Notes under the pieces: generated by a model
Database searches by the model: none
Seen by the model: only the letters and a program-made list of their open reading frames with translations
Told to the model about the DNA's origin: nothing
Origin: the human T2T-CHM13v2.0 reference genome, Homo sapiens
Strand: one strand, 5' to 3'
DNA: 64,000 nucleotides
NCBI RefSeq assembly: GCF_009914755.1
Contig: NC_060947.1
Part shown: positions 57,998 to 64,000 of the stretch, in pieces
How the letters are laid out: each line of letters begins with the position of its first letter
Numbering within the stretch: the stretch's first letter is position 1
Translations under genes and position numbers: made by a program

Positions 57998-60681
57998 AGA
58001 GATTGCTAGACTGGATATTTTTTAAAAGGCCTACTTCTATGCTATTTTTAAGAAATTTAATTTGAATGTAGAGACCTAGACAGCTATAAGTCAAAAAATT
58101 GAAAAAAATATACTGTGCTAATATTAATTTTAAGGAAGCTGGAGTGGCTCTATGAATATCCAATAATATTGGCCTCAAAAAAGGGGTATTGCCACAAATA
58201 AAGTGGGGCATTACATAAGGATAAAGAGGTCACGTCACCACAAAGACATTAGCAATCCTAAATATGTGTGCACTACACAATACAGCTTCCAAATATACGA
58301 AGTAAAACTTGACAAAACTTAAAGAAGAAATAGGTTCATAGTGACAATTGGAGAGGTCAACATTCCTTATTTCAGCAACTGATTGAACTAGTAGACGTTG
58401 ATTAGTAAAGGTATGTAAGACAGCAACAATACTATCTATCAAGCAGCACGTCCCAAATGAGATCTTTGGGACATTCTACCTAGCCACAGAGAACACTCTT
58501 TTTCAAGTGCACAAGAAATGTCCAACAAGATATCATAAGCCATGAAGCCGACCTCAGCAAATTTAAAAGAATTGAAGTTATATAACCTGTATACTTTCAC
58601 TATAACTGAATTTAACTAGAAGTCAATAACAAAAAGATATGTGAAAAATGATCAAATATTTGGAAATTGCACAAATCCACAAGTAACATAGGAGTCAAGG
58701 AGGAAGTCATAAGGTGAATTAGAAAATATTTTGAGTTAAATGTCAATAAAAACATATTAATACTTTTGGCATATAGCTAAAGCAGTGCTTAGAGTGAAAC
58801 TTACAGCATACAATGTTTCTATAAGAAAAAAGTTCTTAAAAGCTGCCTGTATTGGAAGACAGTTCAAAAAAGCATGTGTCTCTAAAGTCATCAGAAAGGA
58901 CACATTTTACTGAAAGCAAGCATAATAAAAGCAATAACCAATAAAATTGAAAACACAAAACAATAAAGTCAATAAACCATAAATGTATTGTTAAGATTAA
59001 TAAAATTAATAAATATGTATCCTGCCTAGCCAAGAAGAATATAGAGCACATATAAATGACAAATATCAGAAATAAAAAAGCAGTTATTGACACAGACTCT
59101 ACAGACCTTAAAATGACAGTAAAGAAATATTACAAACAACTTTAGGCTGATAAATTCATCAACTGAGATAAAATGGATAATGAGATCTTTCTGTCTTGGA
59201 AAGGCCAACCGTTCATCCTCACATGAGAGTTTCCTGTTCTGGGTATGGGTTTTCCTTCTTGTCTGCAAACCTTTAGGCAGGACAACCATTGAGAGATTAC
59301 AGACTTCCTGATCCACAGACTTTAATTCCCACACAACATAAACATCTGACTTGGTGTCCCCTCTGGAATGAACCATGTTACCTATTTGTCATATCACTTA
59401 ACTGTACTCTATGGTTTGAAAAGAAAAAAAATTCCATTGAACTGATAGATAAAGTGATGCTGTGGAGATATTACTTTATGTGGATGAGATGCCATCTTCT
59501 AGGATTCACTATATGCATTGATTCAGAGCCTTGTATATGGTGCTGTGTCCTTAATAAGAATAAAACATGTATAGAGGATTCGAGTATCACTTATTGTTCT
59601 TCCTGATGACCCACTGGAGGACTTGCGCTTCTATTCTTACACATTTGTGTCCTTTGGAGTTAGAGTTCATGGTTCTACTCTTGCCATACGACACATTAAA
59701 ATACAAGCTATGGCTGCTGCTGGCCACTTTGAATTCCATCTTAGCAGAGGTAATTAATCCTCATAGGAAGCAGTAGTAGGACTATTTTTACATAATGGAG
59801 ACTAGGAAGAATATGTGTGTAAATCTACTGTGTATTTTCTGGTACTCAAGTGCTTATTTATATCAATGAATGAACACTTGTGGCAGCCTTGGCCTAAGAA
59901 GTATATGAATAGCAAAGGCTTAGACCCTCAGAAAATAAATATTTGGTTTACACCATCAGATAAGCCAATGAGATCTGTAGAGATGACAGTTGTTGAATGT
60001 ATAGTTGAAGAGAAAAAGCAAGAATTTCATTCGTGACTGTGAAATTAACTGCAGTGATGTGATGGGAGATACGTAGTTCATTTCCACTGACCTCCCTCTT
60101 CTGACTGAATAGAAGTCCGTGAAGGTCACTTAGAAGTTATTTTCCAAACATGCAATGGAAAGTGTATCTCTGTGACTAAACAAGTGGACTGTGGTGGCCA
60201 TAGTAGAGCACGACTCAGATTGTCCTCTGAAAAAACCTGCTGTAGAAAGCATATTTGACTAGTCGTGTCCAGTTGCTGCACCTCTGGATTTGCTATGCTA
60301 CTCTCATTAAAGCCATTTCTCCAAGACTGCACCTAGCCAATGACTGAGCATGAAAGGGATACTAGAGGCAGACTTCTTCTGTACAACCTGGGATTTTTCT
60401 ATGAAAAACTCCCCATTGACTTGACTGATAATGTCTCAGAACTCCACTTCCATCTGAAGGTCTTCCTAACCAGTCCTTCTCCTTGCTTTTCTTCTATCAC
60501 AAATGTCAGACTTGTGTTACTGTCTCAGGGCTCCTCCCACCTATTTCTGCTCCCACCTTTTACATCCTTTGCAATTGCATTCACCAATATATGTCTTACA
60601 CATCTAATCCCATCTTGAAGTGTGATTTTTGGAGGTCCTGAGCAGATATATCAGGCTTTAAAAGATCTGGACGTTACTATT

Positions 60682-61164
60682 TATGATGGTTAATTGTGTG
60701 TGTAAACTTGAGGGGGCTAAGGGATGCCAAAATACCTGGCAGAACATTATTTCTGAGTATATCTGTGAGAGTGTTTCTGGAAGACATTAGTATTTTTCTT
60801 GGTAAACTAAGTAAAGAAGATTGCTGTCCCCAGTGTGAGTGGACATTATCCAATCAATTGAGGGTTTAAATAAAACACAAATGTGAAGAAAGGATGAATT
60901 TACTCTCTCTTCTTAAGCTGGACGTTCGTCTTCTCCTGCCACAGACATTAGCCCTCCTGGTTCTTAAGTCTTTGAACTCAGACTTATTAATTAATGGAAA
61001 TTAATATCATTGGCATGGCTGGATCTCAGGTCTTTGGGTGTGGAGTGGCATTGCACTACTGGCTTTTCTTGACCTCCAGCTTGCAGACAGCAGACTGTGG
61101 GAATCCTCAGCATTCATAATAGCATGATCCAGTCTCTCGTAGTAAATATCTTTTTATCTATCTG

Positions 61165-61199
<35 letters not shown>

Positions 61200-61268
61200 G
61201 TCATCTTTCTATCTATCATCTATCTATCTTCTATCATTCTGTTTCTCTGAAGAATCCTAACTAACACA
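60682..61268 (+). mobile_element. MLT2 (ERVL) solo LTR
   Basis: 'tatgatggttaattgtgtgtgtaaacttg...tctgtttctctgaagaatcctaactaacaca' is typical of MLT2. Confidence 0.9.
61156..61235. repeat. (TCTA)n tetranucleotide repeat within MLT2
   Basis: Directly visible. Confidence 0.95.
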
Positions 61269-61289
61269 ACATTTAAATTAAATAACAGA

Positions 61290-61680
61290 TAAAGTGGCTG
61301 GAACAATGCTTGGCATATAGTAGGCACTTGATACTTCATTCTTTCTCACTCAGCAAATGTTTGCTAATTGTTTATTGTGGGCTATGTATTCTATGGGGCA
61401 CTATGGATACAACAGTAAAAAAGATAAAAACAATCCATCCCTACTACCATAGAGATCCCAGTTTAGTAGAGTATACAGAAAAAATACATAGTCAATTACA
61501 ATGAATGCTATACTTGTTATGGCAAGAAAAGGCAGGATACTCTGGGAGCAGAAAACAGAACACCTGACCCCAAGCTTATGAGCCAGGACCAACTTTCCAG
61601 GAGAAGTGGTATCTAAGCTCTACCCAGAAGCATGTTAGCAATGTGAAGAGAATGAGGAAAGCTAATCTGTACACAGAAAA
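61290..61680 (-). mobile_element. L2 fragment (preceded by a short MIR/L2 tail)
   Basis: 'cattctttctcactcagcaaatgtttg...gcactatggatacaacagt' resembles the antisense L2 3' end. Confidence 0.65.
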
Positions 61681-62039
61681 TTGAGCTTATACAAAAATTT
61701 CATGGTATCCAATCAATTGAAGGTTCAAATAAAACATAAACACAAATCCTTTGAAATGTAAAGCTCTTTAAACTATCAGACTGAACCGGAACCTATGTGG
61801 ACAATCATCTTAACAGCATTAGCAATTGCATTTATTAGCTCTTCAAATCATTAGAAATTTCTTTGAAAAGCTGACCCTGCTCTCGCCCATACATACCTAA
61901 AACTTCCTCCCTTTCTCCAGAAACAGAGATGAAGTGTGCCATTTCCTTAGCCCTCTTGCAGACATTTCCAGATGGGACTCATCCAATATACTATATATTA
62001 AAAACTATTACAGCTGCATTTTTGGAGAAAATAAATCTC

Positions 62040-62657
62040 AGTATCATAGTGGGGAAACTTTCAGTCTTTCACCAATAAGTATAATTGAATTTCAAAATTA
62101 TTGATTTTTTAGATACCTGTGGTTATTGTCTTCTAGTTTAATTTCACTGTTGTCAAAGAATACATTTTTTACAAATTCAGTAATTTTACATTTGCTCATA
62201 TATGTTTTATGACACATAATATGATCTGTCATAGTGACTTCCATATACACTTGAAGAGAATATTTATTCTACTTCTTAAGAGTTGAGTGTTTCATATATT
62301 TTAGATCAAATTCATTGATAGTTGAGTTCAGGTCCTTTACATACACATTAGTTTTCTGTCTACTACCTCTGTTACTTTCTTAGGAATACTGGAGTTTCAC
62401 ATATGACTGTTGAATTGTCTATTTCTTCTATCAATTCTGTCATCTTTTGTTTCTTATATCTTGGGGCTCTACTTTTAGATATATGTAAGTGTATAATTCT
62501 CATATATTCTTGATGAATTGATACTTTTACCATTATAAAATTCACTTATTTAGCACTAACATTTCTTTTTGATTTTGTCAGATTTTTAAAATTTTATTTT
62601 CATTTATTTATTTTTAATTTTTGTGAGTATATGGTACATGTATAGAGCCATGGGGTA
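62040..62657 (-). mobile_element. Old L1M ORF2 fragments plus the start of an L1MA 3' end
   Basis: 'ccatatacacttgaagagaatatttattct' and 'ttttaatttttgtgagtatatggt'. Confidence 0.7.
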
Positions 62658-64000
62658 TGATATGGTTAGGCTTTTTGTCCCCACCCAAATCTCATAATCC
62701 TCATAATGGCCATGTGTTAATGGGGAGACCAGGTGGAGGTAATTTAATCATGGAGGCAGTTTCCCCCATGCCGTTCTTGTGAATAGTGAGCGAGTTTTCA
62801 TGAGATCTGATGGTTTTATAAGGGGTTCTTCCCTACTTGCTCAGCATTTCTCTGTCCTGCTGCCTTGTGAAGAAGGCATTTTGCTTCCCATTCACCTTCT
62901 GCCATGATTGTAAGTTTCCTGAGGCCTCCCCAGCTGTGTTGAAATGTGAGTTAATTAAAACTTTGTTCTTTTTAAATTAACCAGTCTCAGGCAATTGTTT
63001 ATACCAGTATTAAAATGGACTAATACAATAAATTGGTACCCATTTTCTGGGAAGAAACTCAAGCCTGCTGCAGAAATCTGCATAAGTAATGAGGAGCCAA
63101 ATGTTAATCACCAAGTCAATGGGAAAAATGTCTCCAGGGCATGTTAGAAGTCTTCACAGCATTGCCTCCCAGTGGAGGCCCAGAGGCCTAGGAGAAAAAA
63201 AAAAAATGTTTTTATGGGCCTGGGCCAAGGCCTTGCTGCTTTGTGCAATTTCAAGACTTGGTGCCCTGCAAACCAGCTGTGGCTAAAAGGGGCTAATATC
63301 CAGCTCAAGCCATTGCTCCAGAGGGTGCAAGACCCAAGCCTTGGTGGCGTACATGTGGTATTGGGCCTGCGGGTGCACAGAAGTCAAGAATTGAGGTTTG
63401 GGAATATGTGCCGAGATTTCAGAGGTTGTATGGAAATACCTGGATGTCCAGGCAGAAGTTTGTTGTAGGGGTGGAGCGCTCATTGAGACCCTCTCCTAGG
63501 GCGGTGCAGAAGGAAGATGTGAGGTCAGAGTCCCCACACAGAGTCCCCAGTGGAGCACTGCCTAGTGGAGCTGTGAGAAGAGGGTCACTGTCTTCCAGAC
63601 CCCAGAATGGTAGATCCACTGACAGCTTGCAACATGCACCTGGAAAATCTGTAGACATTCAATGCCAGCCTGTGAAAGCAGCCAGGAGGGAGGCTATACC
63701 TTGCACAGCTACACAGGTGGAGCTGCTGAAGTTCATGGGACCCCACCTCTTGCATCAGCATGAGCTGGATGTGAGACATGGAGTCAAAGGTGATAATTTT
63801 GAAGCTTTAAGATTTCACTGCCTCACTGAATTTTGGACTTGCATGGGGCCTGTAGCTCCTTTGATTTGGCCAATTTCTCCCATTTGGAATGGGCATATTT
63901 ACCCAATGTCTGTACCCCCATTGTATCAAGGAAGTTACTAACTTGCTTTGTTTTTATAGGCTCATAGTCAGAAGGGACGTGCCTTGCCTCAGATGAGACT
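62658..64000 (+). mobile_element. THE1D-like provirus (5' LTR 62658-63027 plus internally deleted internal region, runs off the window)
   Basis: 'tgatatggttaggctttttgtccccaccc...ggactaataca'; the internal region is colinear with the THE1A internal at 43670-44640. Confidence 0.93.

Larger units (their letters stand above)
55580..59180 (+). mobile_element. Old L1M (5' region, ORF1, start of ORF2) inserted in the ERVL internal region
   Basis: ORF1 motifs 'gaaaaccaaagataaagagaaaatgctagaag'; EN motifs 'aatcctaaatatgtgtgcac'; truncated at ~59180, where ERVL sequence resumes. Confidence 0.8.
51584..60650 (+). mobile_element. Decayed ERVL-class provirus with LTR16-like LTRs (51584-~51992 and 60190-60650), interrupted by MLT1A, AluJ and L1
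   Basis: Two diverged direct LTRs (tgtgacagccatggagg.../tgtggtggccatagtag...; both end near 'tcccatct...ttgga'); purine-rich 'aaacaagtggac' before the 3' LTR; TSD CCAGG/TCAGG (51579-51583 / 60651-60655); degraded pol-like internal motifs. Confidence 0.75.

Overview
Primate (human-like), AT-rich, gene-free 64 kb window made almost entirely of transposable-element debris. I find no supportable protein-coding gene, RNA gene or CRISPR array; the longer ORFs in the track are L1 ORF2 remnants, THE1 internal remnants or microsatellite read-through. Main contents: a full-length old L1PA (5.2-12.0 kb), a MER50-like solo LTR, a young truncated L1PA (20.7-22.5 kb), a ~17 kb minus-strand L1MB carrying about a dozen nested insertions, an L1MA hosting a complete THE1A provirus, a decayed ERVL/LTR16 provirus that keeps both LTRs, and six Alus. 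The most unusual object is a 1.7 kb non-repeat retrocopy of an mRNA 3' end (26369-28102, minus strand; poly-A, AATAAA, TSD). It contains a ~115 bp non-Alu inverted repeat extended by complementary GT/CA tracts and lies 172 bp downstream of a co-oriented THE1 LTR, making a possible self-contained hairpin-RNA unit (hypothesis only). Repeat subfamily names are from recalled consensus motifs, not a database search, and need RepeatMasker/Dfam confirmation.
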